Notes under the pieces: model-generated
The model's input: the letters and a program-made list of their open reading frames with translations, nothing else
What the model was told of the DNA's origin: nothing
The model's database searches: none
Made by a program: the position numbers and the translations under genes
Origin: Mobula hypostoma
Lineage: Eukaryota
DNA: 64,000 nt
Assembly: GCF_963921235.1 (NCBI RefSeq)
Contig: NC_086102.1
Coordinates: 34,782,001 to 34,846,000 of the forward strand
Reading direction: 5' to 3'
Shown: positions 51,301 through 63,717 of the stretch, in pieces
How the letters are laid out: each line of letters opens with the position of its first letter
How positions within the stretch are numbered: position 1 is the first letter of the stretch

Positions 51301-52756
51301 TCAACTCATCCGCCTTCCCCGCAATACTCCTAGCATTGAAATATATACACCTCAGAAGATTTTTACCACCACTCACAACCTTTCTATCAGCGGACTTGCT
51401 TAAACTTTCAACATCATTTATTTTCACCCCAGCACTCTGGTTCCCATCCCCCTGCAAATCTAGTTTAAAGCCTCCCCAATAGCACTAACAAACCTCCCTG
51501 AAAGGATATTGGTCCCCCTGTAGTTCAAGTGTAACCCGTCTCTCTTGTACAGGTCCCACCTGCCCCAGAAGAGGTCCCAATGATCCTGAAATCTGAAACC
51601 CTGCCCCCTACACCAGTTCCTCAGCCACTTGTTCCTCCTCCAAAGCATCCTATTCCTACCCTCACTGGCACCTAGCACAGGTAGCAATCCTGAGATTACC
51701 ACCCTTGAGGTCCTGCTTTTCAACTTCCTACTAAGCTCTCTATACTCACTGTCCAGGACCTCCTCACTCTTCCTTGCTATGTCATTGGTACTGATATGCA
51801 CCACGACATCTGGCTGGTCACCGTCCCACTTCAGAATGTCATGCAATCCATCAGAGACATCCTTGACCCTGGCACCTGGGAGGCAACAAACCATCCTGGA
51901 TTCTCTGTCACGACCACAGAACCTCCTATCTGCACCTCTAACTATCGAGTCCCCTATCACTACCGCTCTCCTCTTTCCCCCCCTCCCTTCTGCACTGCAG
52001 AGCCAGACTCAATGCCAGAGATCCAGCTACTGCATAGTCACCCCCTCCAACAGTATCCAATGCGGTATACTTGTTGTTGAGGGGAATGGCCACAGGGGAA
52101 CCCTGCTCTGCCTGCCCTTTCCTCTTCCCTCGCCTGACAGTGATGCAATTTCCTGTCCTCTGCTCCTTTGGCGTAACTACCTCCCTGTAGCTACTATCTA
52201 TAATATCCTCATTCTCCCGAATGATCCGCAGGTCATCCAGCTCCTGCTCCAGTTCCCTAACGCAGTTTGTTAGGAACTGCAGCTGGATGCACTTCCTGCA
52301 GGTGTCGTAGTCAGGGACACCGGAGGGCTCCCTGACTTCCCACATCCTGCAAGAGGAGCATTCCAACATCCTGCCTGGCATTCTCTCTACGCTAGACAAT
52401 CTGAACAAAAAACTTACCGGAACCTACCCTGGCCTCTACCTGTTCTCACCGAAGCCTGTTTGAGCCAAAGCCGTCCCACTCTGATGACGGCCGCTGTATA
52501 TGGTGGTTGGCTTTTTAAACCTTGGCCCGCTACGTCACGCGCCTGCGCAGCGCAGACCCTTCTCCCCGAGCAGTGTTTAGGAAAAAAAACAACTTTTTCA
52601 TTTCTTCCACTCTTTCTCAGCTGCTTGCTTCGACTGAAACAAGAACCGTTGAAAATTTCTCTTTTTAAACCTTGGCGCGCTACGTCACGCGCCTGCGCAG
52701 TGCAGACCCTTCTCCCCGAGCAGTGTTTAGGAAAAAAAAAACAACTTTTTCTATAA
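48351..52756 (-). mobile_element. Near full-length CR1 LINE in RPL24 intron 4
   Basis: Repeated 5' UTR; ORF1 with CxxC..CxxC, coiled coil and SGNH esterase (IGDSIVRG, DGLHLN); ORF2 APE and RT ([22 protein letters not shown]); (TGGTTTCTA)-like 3' repeat; short ATGTT direct repeat; several frameshifts. Confidence 0.95.
50398..50484 (+). mobile_element. 87-bp PLE terminus inserted in CR1 ORF2
   Basis: Perfect 14-bp TSD GTTCCTTATTCCTA at 50384-50397 and 50485-50498. Confidence 0.92.
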
Positions 52757-53366
52757 ATGTTCTCAATATTTATTGCATATTTATGTATTTTTTCTCTTTC
52801 ATATTTGCAGTTTGTTGCCTTTTGCACATTGGTTGTTTTGTCTACCCTGTTGGGCATGATCTATCACTGATTCTATTATAGTTCTTGAATTTATGGAGTA
52901 TGCCCACTAGAAAACAAATCTCAGGTGACATATGTACTTTGTTAATAAACTGACTTTGAAGTTTGAATGATCCTACTGGGAATACTATGGGAATCCATTT
53001 GAACCAGAGCCAAGCTCTATGCAGGTACTTTTCTTTTCTGGTTCAATACACTATTCAATCTGAAAAATTTCATCAACTTTGCTTCCAATTTCACCCTTTC
53101 CTAAACTAGTTTTGATTTTTGGTGATTGGGGTCGATCAATATGTCTGAAAGCCCAGTAATCTTGGCTGAACTTATGTGCTTGAAAAAGCTCCCCTCCTTT
53201 CTCCTAGTTGCTTTATCCCAGTCACTTCTGCAAAATACCAATAATCTTCCTTAATCATGCTTGAATAAAAGAAATTAAAATATGAAAAGATCTTGTCCTT
53301 AACTTTGGTTGCTGCCCAACCTGAAAGATCCTTTTATATTCCAATGGAGGCAAACAAAATCACTCA

Positions 53367-53543
<177 letters not shown>

Positions 53544-54472
53544 TTAGCCTCATTTCAAGTTGTTAATCGAGCCATTTTGATTACAAGATTCCTATATCTT
53601 GCATTTCTTAAACATCCTCTTAGCATGTTATAGAAACATACAAAGTCATAATCCTACATTTTACAATTAAGCCTAAAACCAACCCAGGATTCATAATTAT
53701 AAGGAGCTTGTAAGATTTTACAAGGTGCTTAATCAGCCACGTCATAGTATGTTATAATGGCAAGGTGTCACTATACAAGGAGTTCTTCATTTTTTTTCAC
53801 TATTGAACCGAGAAAGGTGTTGGGCCATAAACTATCAAATTAGCCTCTGAAAGAGACAGGTTTCTTCTGGGTGTTTTTTCTAAGACTTAATAGTTATTTG
53901 CAAATTAAAATATCAATAGCCAATTCAGTGAGAATTATGCATCTTATTAAAAGAACAAATTGACAACAAAAGATAGAAAAAAAAAATTAAGGACCAATAA
54001 TTTACAGGTCACACAAAAAACTAATAGTATAACTACCAAGTAAAATTCAGCCTATAAAGTATTTGTGGAGGTGATACTTTAAAGATAAAATACTCCAAGT
54101 ACACCTTTCTGAGAACACTAAAAATCATGGTATATTCAAGCCGGCAGCATCCATCACCAAGGACCCTCAACATCCAAGAGATGTCGGGTATAGGAGCCCA
54201 AAGAAAGACACTCAATGATTCAGAAGGTTCTTCCCCTCTACTCCCAGATTTCTGAACGGTCCATGAACTCAATACTACCGTTTTAAAGAAAAATTTGCAT
54301 TGTACTGTTACTGCAAAATAGATTTAATGTCGTAAATAGTGAAATCTGAATCTGATTTTCCAAGACCCAACCAAACCATAATCCAAACTTCGGATTTTAC
54401 TTGATTTATTGTCTCTAAGCACATCCTACCAGAACAAATGTTATAATTTTAGCTGATAAGACCGTACACCTA

Positions 54473-54643
<171 letters not shown>

Positions 54644-54829
54644 CTATGAATTGGGGGAAAAAAACAAAACATAATTGACTTTGCCCAGATAGATCCAACT
54701 AAGCCAGCGATTATTTTTTAAAGCAGTATATCTGTTTTCAAGAGTGAATTCATTAACTGTTTTATTTGCATAGCTCCTTCAACACAGAAAAAAATGTAGC
54801 AAGGGTATAACCAGAGATTCAAAGGTAGA

Positions 54830-55530
54830 TACAAGAACATAAGAAATATTAGTAGGCCATCTGGCCCATCAAGCCTGAGCTGCCATTCAATAAGCTCCAC
54901 CTACCCACCTTTCCCCCATAACCCCCAATTGCCCTGCTGTGCAAAAATCTATAACTGTGCATAAAATATGTTTAATGAAGTAGTATCTATTGCCTCCCTC
55001 AGCAGAGAATTCCAGAGTCATAGCTCTCCAAGAAAAGCAATTCTTCATCTCCAACCCAATTGTATTCCCCTGAATCCTGAGACTATGTTCCTTGGTTCTA
55101 GTGTCACTTGTCAATAGAAATAAACTTCCCTGCCTCCATCTCATCTACCCCTTTCATAATTTTATATATTTCTATAAGATCCCTTCTCATGCTATAGAAT
55201 TCCAGAGAGCAGTCTTAGGTGACTCATAGGCTAACCGTACAATCTCCACAATTGACCTGGTGAACCTCCTCCACACTATCTCCAAAGCCAGTGATCTTTC
55301 CTCACGCAACACCAGAACTGCACGCAGTACTCCAGGTGCAGCCTCACCAGTACCCTGTACAGTTACAGCATTACCCCCCTCTTAAATTCAACCCCTCCAG
55401 AAATGAAGGCCAATTTGCCATTTTCCTTCCTGATATCCTGTTGTTCCTACAAACCAACTCTTTGTGATTCATGCAGAAGCAATCCTAACCCCCTCTGCAC
55501 AACAGCACGCTGCAATCTTTCACCATTAAA
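54830..55530 (-). mobile_element. CR1 3' fragment
   Basis: Decayed RT C-terminus and (TTCTTATG)-like tail. Confidence 0.7.
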
Positions 55531-56465
55531 TAATGTTGAAATCCTCGCAGACCTGGACTACATATCAGTATTCTGATAGTAAACAGTTACAATAACAATA
55601 CCATTTAGAAAGGATGCTATTCTTCAATTGTTTTAAAAGATTATTACTAATTTTTTGAACAGGTTTTCTAAAACGCTTCATTTACATTTCAATATGCCTA
55701 CTATACATTTAACAATTAAAACAGTGAATGCATGTAAATTAGCAACAGAATTTATGCTTCTTCCTTAATAAAGTCCAATAATTATTGCCACCAATTCATT
55801 TAATGATGACCCATTGCTCAAAATTACCATTGCATGTGAGAGAATTTTTTAAAGAAAATTATTGCCAAGTGGGCACACACTCAAAAAGATTCGCCACCCC
55901 TGCTTGTGTCCACCCACTTCCTGTGCCCCTCAACTCTGCACCCACCTCCCTAACTTGCACCCCTCCCCATATCTGTGACCCTGCCCCTCCTTGTCTGTGA
56001 CAACAGTAATGACATCTATCTCCCACAGAGAGGGTATTCCACTCTGACTGAGGAGAATGATTCTTTAATTAATGCAATACATGCAAATGTTGAAAATATA
56101 GACGACTATTCAGGGGAAACTGTTAAGTGTGGAGGAAGCTTCATTCTGTTGCCCAACACTGGGAGTTTGTGATAGGATGGTACAGAAAGAGATTCAATGT
56201 GTGATTAACACTCTCTTTGCCACTTTCTAAAACACCTCTATATCTGCCTCCACCACCACCCCTGTCAGTGCATTCCAGACACCCACTGCTCTCGTAAAAT
56301 AAACTTGCCTCGCTCATCGTCTTTAAAATTTTCCTTACTCACTTTAAAACTCTGCCTTCTAGAATATAAAAAACAAGAAACTGGGGGCCAGATTTTTTCT
56401 GAATGGGCTACAAGTTTACAGTTTTAATGAAACATTACCAATATATATATAAAAAATAATTTAAA

Positions 56466-56670
56466 CACAAGAGGCAGCAAGTCCAAAGCAATACATACAA
56501 AATGCTGGAGGGACTCAGGCCAGGCAACATCTATGGAAAAGAGTAAGCAGTCGACATTTCAAGCCTAGGTCCTTCTTCAGAATTGGAAAGGAAGAGGGAA
56601 GGCACCAGAATAAAAAGCTGGGAAGAGGGGAAGGAGGATAGGTGATAGGTGAGTCCAGGTGGGTGGGAAA
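56466..56670 (-). mobile_element. PLE terminus with decayed HHR (about 56548-56585)
   Basis: CTGAAGA...GAAA-TG-TC-GACTG core retained, stems eroded. Confidence 0.7.
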
Positions 56671-57497
56671 TATATGTAATTGGAGCGAACCCTGAATGAA
56701 ATTCATGGGAAAATAAGCTATATGATGCAAATGAGGCAGAAAAAATTGCAATGCCATATCACACAAAGGCTATTGCTGCTTTCCATGGAAAACTCAAACT
56801 TTTCAGCAACAATACTGGACGCCGCAAGTTTATGCAATTTCTTGCACTGGTGACTCTTTATTGAGCTGCATAGTGATATGACAGCTCAAGCAAAATTCAA
56901 AACGCAGCAAGCAAAATTTTTGGATAACGAGCGATATTCGATATTATTTTCCACAGCTCAGGGAGAAAGCAAAGTTGTTTTAAATTGGATTTCCCACCTC
57001 TTAGCTTAGTTGAATGTGGTTTTAGTCAAGCTCTTCATCCGTGATCAAAAAAACCATTTTGATGTTGTGAAAAGAGGTGACCTTTAACTAAGTTGCAACC
57101 AGATATTCAAAAACTCACTAGTTTGCATCAGTCATCAGGATCTCACTAGATACCCAAAATAACAATATTAAGCGCCTTTTCGTCATTGGTTGGAAGGGTA
57201 TTAGATATCATAAAGTATCATATTCAGAGCTCTGAAATTTTTTATTTTTCCATATACACCTGTAACATTATTTAACATATAATACCTATAATCTGTTAAA
57301 ACATAAATAATGACTGTTATAGTAGGATAATTGGTACAGATAACCAAATAAAAAAGACTTTAGCAACCAACAGAGACTATGGATGGTGGAGGCTACAGAA
57401 GAAAGGAAAGTCACAAATGGGCCAGAAGCAGAAAAAAGTTGAGATCCACTAGTCTACTGTACATTTGTCTCTCATAAACTTATAAGCTCCATCACAT

Positions 57498-57832
57498 GAG
57501 GAATTCTGCAGATGCTGGAAATTCAAGCAATACACATAAAAGTTGCTGGTGAACGCAGCAGGCCAGGCAGCATCTCTAGGAGGAGGTGCAGTCGACGTTT
57601 CAGGCCGAGACCCTTCGTCAGGACTAACTGAAGGAAGAGTGAGTAAGGGATTTGAAAGTTGGAGGGGGAGGGGGAGATGCAAAATGATAGGAGAAGACAG
57701 GAGGGGGAGGGATGGAGCCTAGAGCTGGACAGGTGATAGGCAGGACGAAGGGTCTTGGCCCGAAACATCGACTGTACCTCTTCCGAGAGATGCTGCCTGG
57801 CCTGCTGTGTTCACCAGCAACTTTGATGCGTG
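57498..57832. mobile_element. Asymmetric inverted PLE pair in RPL24 intron 2
   Basis: Perfect 14-bp TSD AAGCTCCATCACAT at 57484-57497 and 57833-57846. Confidence 0.92.
57589..57626 (-). ncRNA. Minimal type I hammerhead ribozyme motif
   Basis: TAGTC-CTGACGA-AGGGTCTCGGCCT-GAAA-CG-TC-GACTG, identical to 4939-4976. Confidence 0.8.
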
Positions 57833-59394
57833 AAGCTCCATCACATCTCCTTTCAGCCTCTGCCACTCCAGCAAAAGCCCACGTTTGTCCAACCTATTCC
57901 TAAAGCTCCTACTCTAACCCAGGAAGCATCCTCGTTAATCCCTTCTGCCCCACACCCTTCCTGTAATGGGGTGACCAGAACTGCACACAATAATGCAGCC
58001 TGTCTGGAGTTCTATACAACAGCAACGTGAATTTCTAGCTCTTAAGACTTAATGCCTTGACCAAAGGCATGTATGCCTTTATTGCCACGTCTACTCATGC
58101 AGTCACCTTCAGGAAGCTGTGGACTCGGGCCCAAAGATGCCCCCCCGCCCCACCCCCGGTACCTTGATGTTTTATAAAGCCACAGCACAACCTTCTGACT
58201 TGGACTCAGTAGTGCCTCAACCAGGAAAGGCAAGCATGCCTTTATCACTCACCCTCCTCACCTTCCTGACAGTCCAACATGGGAGATATCTTCATGAAAC
58301 AAGCCATTCATACCATCAATTACTGTCTCAGTTGCATTTCAACACAGCCTCTGGTGAATCACTTCACAAAATAAGCCAATAAAATGAAAAGTAATGTTCA
58401 TAAAAAGCAGCCCTGAACACCTGGAGGGAAAGAGGGCGCACATGTGCGCACACACACAGTAATTCTACTGGACGGGGCCCAGAAGACAAGTACCAAGCCA
58501 CCACCAGTGAAACTACTGAACCTGCAGATTTGAGGACACCACAAATGGTGGAGCGCAAACTTGAGGTGTTGGACTGAAAATGATTAAGTCACTGAGTGGA
58601 GGCCATGGAGAGATGCACACACAAGGGTGAGAGATTTTAATATTAACAGATTGCTTAAAATTTTTTTGGATGACTTCAAGTTTCTGTAGAGTGAGGAAGG
58701 TGAGTCAAGGGTGCTTTAGAATAATTCTGACCAAGAGCAAACAATAGACAGGGATGTGCATCAAATAAGCTGAGCCAAGCCTGGGTGATCTAATCATTAG
58801 ATTTAAATAGAAGTCAATAGACTTAGCGCGGTTAGAAGGCACAAAAATCTTGAGGATCAAATATAAGTGAACAATTATTTTAATATCCTCTTTCCAGGAA
58901 TTTTATCTTTCATTGATTCCACTGTATTTCTTTGTATCTTACTGTGAATACCCAAAGAAAATGAATCTTGGGGTAGTACTGTATATGGTGACATATACAT
59001 ACTTTGATAATAAATTTGAACTATGAATTCTGTACTTGGTGCCATTCTTTCCATGTCCCCTAAAATCACAGGTGACACTCACTAGATATTTATTCACACA
59101 TTTCAGGTTCTCTGCTCTTTCACCAGATTACTGATCAAGATTTGGCAAAATTAAGTGATTTACCTCTTCCTAGTCAGGGATTTGTGGACAACACCCATAA
59201 GCAACAATACAGACCAGAGATGAAATCTAGAATCCTGTATACTAAATCAACTTCACGAATTATAAGAACCAAACCTCATTTATAACAAAATATTAAGGAA
59301 ATGCCATTGGTTTCCATCTCAACCACAGCAAAATCCTAATAAATGTACATGTATGTATCACTGGTTAAACCCTTCACCCCCATTGAGCACAACT

Positions 59395-59820
59395 ACACAG
59401 GAAAGCAGCATTCATCATCAGGGACCTCCAACACCAAGGTTATGCTCTCTTCTGACTGCTGCCATCAGTAAGAAGGGACAAGTGCCTCAAGACTCATACC
59501 ACCAGGTTCAGGAACAGTAACTACCCCTCTTGAACCAGAGGGGCTAACTTCACTCACCCCATCACTGAACTGTTCCCACAACCTATGGACTCACTTTCAA
59601 GTCTTCACCTAGTGCTTACTTTATTATTACTATTTCCTTTATTTTTCTATTTGCACAGTTTGTTGCCTTTTGCACACTAGTTGGCACCCTGTAAGTGCGA
59701 TCTTACTTTAATTCTATTGTGGATATTGGATTGAGAATGTCCACAAGAAAGTGAATCCAGGGGGTTGTATATGGCGACATATATGTACTTTGATGATGAA
59801 TTTACTTTGAACTTTGAAAT
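59395..59820 (+). mobile_element. Rex1-like 3' end
   Basis: Same 3' UTR family as the copy split by the CR1 (48150-48350 and 52757-52967); (TGAACTT)n tail. Confidence 0.7.
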
Positions 59821-60343
59821 GCATATGGCAAATAAAGTTGACACTTGAACAATACTGACTTTCTGTAAAACTTTTGTTATAAAGGAAATTGAAACCTAAC
59901 AATGCAAGATCCAGATAAACGCATTGGGAAAATTTCATCGAGACCCGATCTCAAATTATTTACCAAGCGATAAAGAATATGGACGACCTATTACATTAGA
60001 AGCACCCATTTGAACTTTTCCAGTTAGACAAAACCCAGAAAGCAGACTTCAGTAAAAATATCTTACTACCACGTAAAATAAGAAAGATCAGCAAAGTAGG
60101 CAGCCAAATAATAAGTTTAAAGTTTAATTAGCTCAATTATATATAGAAATCCGCCAAATTAACGATAGGGCAGCATCCGATCCAGATGCAAATTTACAAT
60201 GAAACGTACTAATTAATAGAAATACTTGAAGCTAATCACATACGCTACTGAATCAAATTCATAGATTACAGTTACTAGAAACGAATGTCTATGGGACAAC
60301 TCCTAAACCTAATGAAACAGTACAATTTGGGCTATTTCATTAC

Positions 60344-60419
60344 CTTCCCGTCAATCCTGGCATAGCGCTTCCCGTGACCGGGGTAGATCTTATACCCGCT
60401 AAAACTGCACAGTTCGACC
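60344..60419 (-). CDS. RPL24: RPL24 exon 2
   Basis: [25 protein letters not shown], the eL24 signature; CCCAG| and |GTAAT; 76 nt. Confidence 0.97.
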
Positions 60420-60546
60420 CTGGGAGAGCAAATAGAATGTTACCATTGTTGTACGCATGGAGTCGACACAAAATATAATTTATTTTAGCGTTATTTTGAA
60501 ATTAAAACAGCGGATGGAAACCGATTAAAATTCAGCTGAAACTTAC

Positions 60547-60551
60547 TTCAT
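60547..60551 (-). CDS. RPL24: RPL24 coding exon 1 (ATG AA)
   Basis: GTCGAC ATG AA|GTAAGT; joins exon 2 to give MKVELC. Confidence 0.92.
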
Positions 60552-60561
60552 GTCGACAACT

Positions 60562-60585
60562 AAAATGGCAGCGTAGAGAAAGAGG
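60562..60585 (-). promoter_or_regulatory. RPL24 TCT initiator / 5' TOP tract and YY1 site
   Basis: CCTCTTTCTCT (60585-60575) about 25-35 nt upstream of the ATG, then GCCATTTT (YY1 core); both typical of ribosomal protein genes. Confidence 0.85.
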
Positions 60586-60787
60586 TGGATTGTGGGTAGG
60601 TCGTTATGGGGTTCCGCAAAACCATAAAGCAAATTTTACTTAGAAATTTGATCCTCTCAGATATTTTGGAAGAGAAAGTTGCATTATTTTCTTTGAAAAT
60701 ACAAGGATATTTTTTGTTCTTGTAATTAAAGTAGCCAATCAGCTGATATAGCGGTTGCTTGGCGTTCACCAAGCGGGAAGTTGTGTG
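60586..60787. promoter_or_regulatory. Short bidirectional promoter
   Basis: About 200 bp between divergent first exons; AGCCAATC CCAAT box near 60733-60740; GCGGGAAGT ETS/E2F-like motif near 60772-60781. Confidence 0.6.
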
Positions 60788-60839
60788 ATGGCGGTTGGGA
60801 AGGAAGAAGCTTTCGAGATGACAGTTAAAGCGTTGGAAA
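60788..60839 (+). CDS. CEP97: Probable CEP97 coding exon 1
   Basis: GTG ATG GCG start, MAVGKEEAFEMTVKALE, strong donor A|GTAAGT (phase 1); identity rests on human ZBTB11-RPL24-CEP97 synteny and the MAV start; no exon 2 found in the window. Confidence 0.55.
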
Positions 60840-61625
60840 GTAAGTGTTTATTTGAAAACCAATGGACACATTACGCGTTTTTTTGAATTTACAAGACTGT
60901 ATTTTGTATAGCAGCATAATTTATCTGTTGTTAATTCGAGGTAGCGAGTGGATAACGGTGATGTACGCTTTACTGGCCTAGTATTATGCGTATTTGTACC
61001 CGTTGGAGTCTGGGTATTGTAGTTGTCTGACTATCCAATTGCTCTGATGTGAAGGGAATGGTGAGAACACTCTGACTACAGCTACCAGGGGACAACAAGC
61101 ACAATACTTAAACCACTAATGCAAACTGTTATTTCTTTGATAATTTCGTTATAGACAATGTCGCACGATCGCTTTGTTTTTCTTTTGTTTCTTTGTTTGA
61201 TGCTCTAATTTTTAAGGTGAGTAATGAACGTAAAAACAATGACAGATATAAATATAGAAAGTGCTGGAATACATCAGCATGTCAGATGATATAGTGGAAA
61301 ATTTAACATTTCATTTCTGAGACCGTTCGTCAGAATTGATGATATGAAACGTTAACTTTGTTTCTCTTTACACAAATGCCGCCCAGTCTATACTTTTAGG
61401 TTTATTTTTGGGACTTGCAACATTTACAGATTTTCATTTCAAATTTGGTAGAAAAATATTGATCTTGAAAATCTGAAATAAGAGCAGAAAATGCTGGATA
61501 TATATACTCAGTAGGTTGGGTGGCATCTGTAAAAAGAGAAACTGAAATTTCAATTTCAGATTGGAGTATAATTACCCCAAAATACATGTATGTTGGAATT
61601 AATGTTAGGACTTCTTATGAAACCT

Positions 61626-62095
61626 TCAGAATCAGACTTATTATCTCTAATTTATGCCATTAAATTTGTTGTTTTGCAATAGCAGTACAGTGCAAAGTCA
61701 TAAAACTATAAATTACAAAAATAAACAATTTAAACAGCAATAATGTTCATGTTCACAGGCTGTTGAAAAATTGGATGGTGGAGGGGAGGAAGCTGTTCCT
61801 AAATTGTTAAGTTGGATCTTCAGGCTCCTGTACCTTGTCCCTGATGGTACAAAAGAGGGCAGGTCCCGGATAGAGAAGGTCCTTAATGATGCATGCCACT
61901 CTTTTTGAGGCACCACCTCCTGCCAATGGTTCCCAGTGGTGGGGAGGGTTGTGGCTGTGATGCAGCTGGCTAAGTCAATAACCCTAGCAGTCCCTGGTGA
62001 TCCTGTGTATTGGAGGATCCATAACAGGATACAACTAGAATGCTCTCCACTAAAAAAAAACTAAAGAAATTTGTAAGCATCATTTGTGATGTATG
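61626..62095 (-). mobile_element. Rex1-like 3' end
   Basis: PSGTRYRSLKIQ motif in ORF 61713-61916. Confidence 0.6.
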
Positions 62096-63050
62096 AAACC
62101 CCAGTAAAGTAATGAACTAAAGTCCCTGTTTAAACAAAAGCATTAAGAATTTAAAATACAATTCTGTTTAGTAAGCAACTGTTCAAAACAGCAGATGCTG
62201 GAAATCTAAAATAAACAGAAAATACTCAGTCACACTGCTTCTATAGGATGACATAGGTCAAAACATTTCAAAACTTTTTAGAATGCATCTTTTCTAGCCT
62301 GCAGACTGCAGGACCCTGTGGTAATTGCAGTTGTTCTAACTGGAGAAATGAGTTGCCAGTAGAATGAAGACGAAGTTAAGTTATAATATAATTTTAAAAC
62401 ATTCAATTTTAACTCTGATTCTCAGCAATGTTTTTTTAAAAAATTATTTGTCTAGCAATTTTGACTGAGCAATTGAGTAATGAACTGGATCTTCCTGTTT
62501 TCTTTGGGATCTCTTAATATCCACCCCCTCCCCCCAACAAAATGGAAAACTGGACTTTGATGTCTTCTGAAAGGCAGCATATGCCTGCACTTGAATGTCT
62601 GATCTGGGTGAAATGCTGAAACCAAGTAAAATATTGCAATATAATGCAAGCTGTGTTAGTTAATGCAGAGCAGAGTGGTGGGGGGGGGGATATTTAGGAG
62701 AAAGCCAAATGTAATGAAACTGTGCTAACCTTCTACTCAGTGTTTTGAAATTCCAATGGTTCAGCATTTGGATCATCAGGTAATAATTGCAGTGCTTCCT
62801 GCCAGCTGCTTTAGGCCCCAGATCCCAGGTTCTCTTTATTAAATTTAACGGATATACTGAAAAATTTATTGTATTGAGTAATATCAAAAAAGCAAGGTAA
62901 TTAAAAGTGTATTCAGGTATTAACAAAATAAGAACATCTGGTAATCCAGAAAATCTTAAACACAAAATAATCCGCAGATGCTGTGATCAAAGCAACACTT
63001 GCAGTACGCTGGATGAACTCAGCAGGTCGGGCAGCATCAGTGGAAACGAT

Positions 63051-63088
63051 GAATCGACGTTTTGGGCCAGAACCCTTCGTCAGGACTG
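63051..63088 (-). ncRNA. HHR motif, core mutated (GAAA to AAAA)
   Basis: CAGTC-CTGACGA-AGGGTTCTGGCCC-AAAA-CG-TC-GATTC. Confidence 0.6.
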
Positions 63089-63322
63089 AAGAATGAAGGA
63101 GGTGGAAGGATTTGAAGAATGCTTGTAGGTTCATTTGAAAGACCAGTAATTTGAAAGACAAAGGGGTGGAGGAGGGGAAGCATCGACATCATAGGCAGGA
63201 AAACAATGGGTAGTAGAAAAAACGCAAACAACAGGAATTCTGCAGATGCTGGAAATTCAAGCAACACACATCAAAGTTGCTGGTGAACGCAGCAGGCCAG
63301 GCAGCATCTCTAGGAAGAGGTA

Positions 63323-63360
63323 CAGTCGACGTTTCAGGCCGAGACCCTTCATCAGGACTA
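63323..63360 (-). ncRNA. Minimal type I hammerhead ribozyme motif
   Basis: TAGTC-CTGATGA-AGGGTCTCGGCCT-GAAA-CG-TC-GACTG. Confidence 0.82.
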
Positions 63361-63408
63361 ACTGAAGGAAGAGTTAGTAAGAGATTTCTTACTAACTCTT
63401 CCTTCAGT

Positions 63409-63446
63409 TAGTCCTGATGAAGGGTCTCAGCCTGAAACGTCGACTG
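63409..63446 (+). ncRNA. Minimal type I hammerhead ribozyme motif
   Basis: TAGTC-CTGATGA-AGGGTCTCAGCCT-GAAA-CG-TC-GACTG. Confidence 0.82.
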
Positions 63447-63680
63447 TACCTCTTCCTAGAGATGCTGCCTGGCCTGCTGCGTTCACCAGCAACTTTGATG
63501 TGTGTTGCTTGAATTTCCAGCATCTGCAGAATTCCTGTTGTTTGCGTTTTTTCTACTACCCATTGTTTTCCTGCCTATGATGTCGATGCTTCCCCTCCTC
63601 CACCCCTTTGTCTTTCAAATTACTGGTCTTTCAAATGAACCTACAAGCATTCTTCAAATCCTTCCACCTCCTTCATTCTT

Positions 63681-63717
63681 CAGTCCTGACGAAGGGTTCC
63701 GGCCCGAAACGTCGACT
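63681..63717 (+). ncRNA. Minimal type I hammerhead ribozyme motif
   Basis: CAGTC-CTGACGA-A-GGG TTCCGG CCC-GAAA-CG-TC-GACT. Confidence 0.82.
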
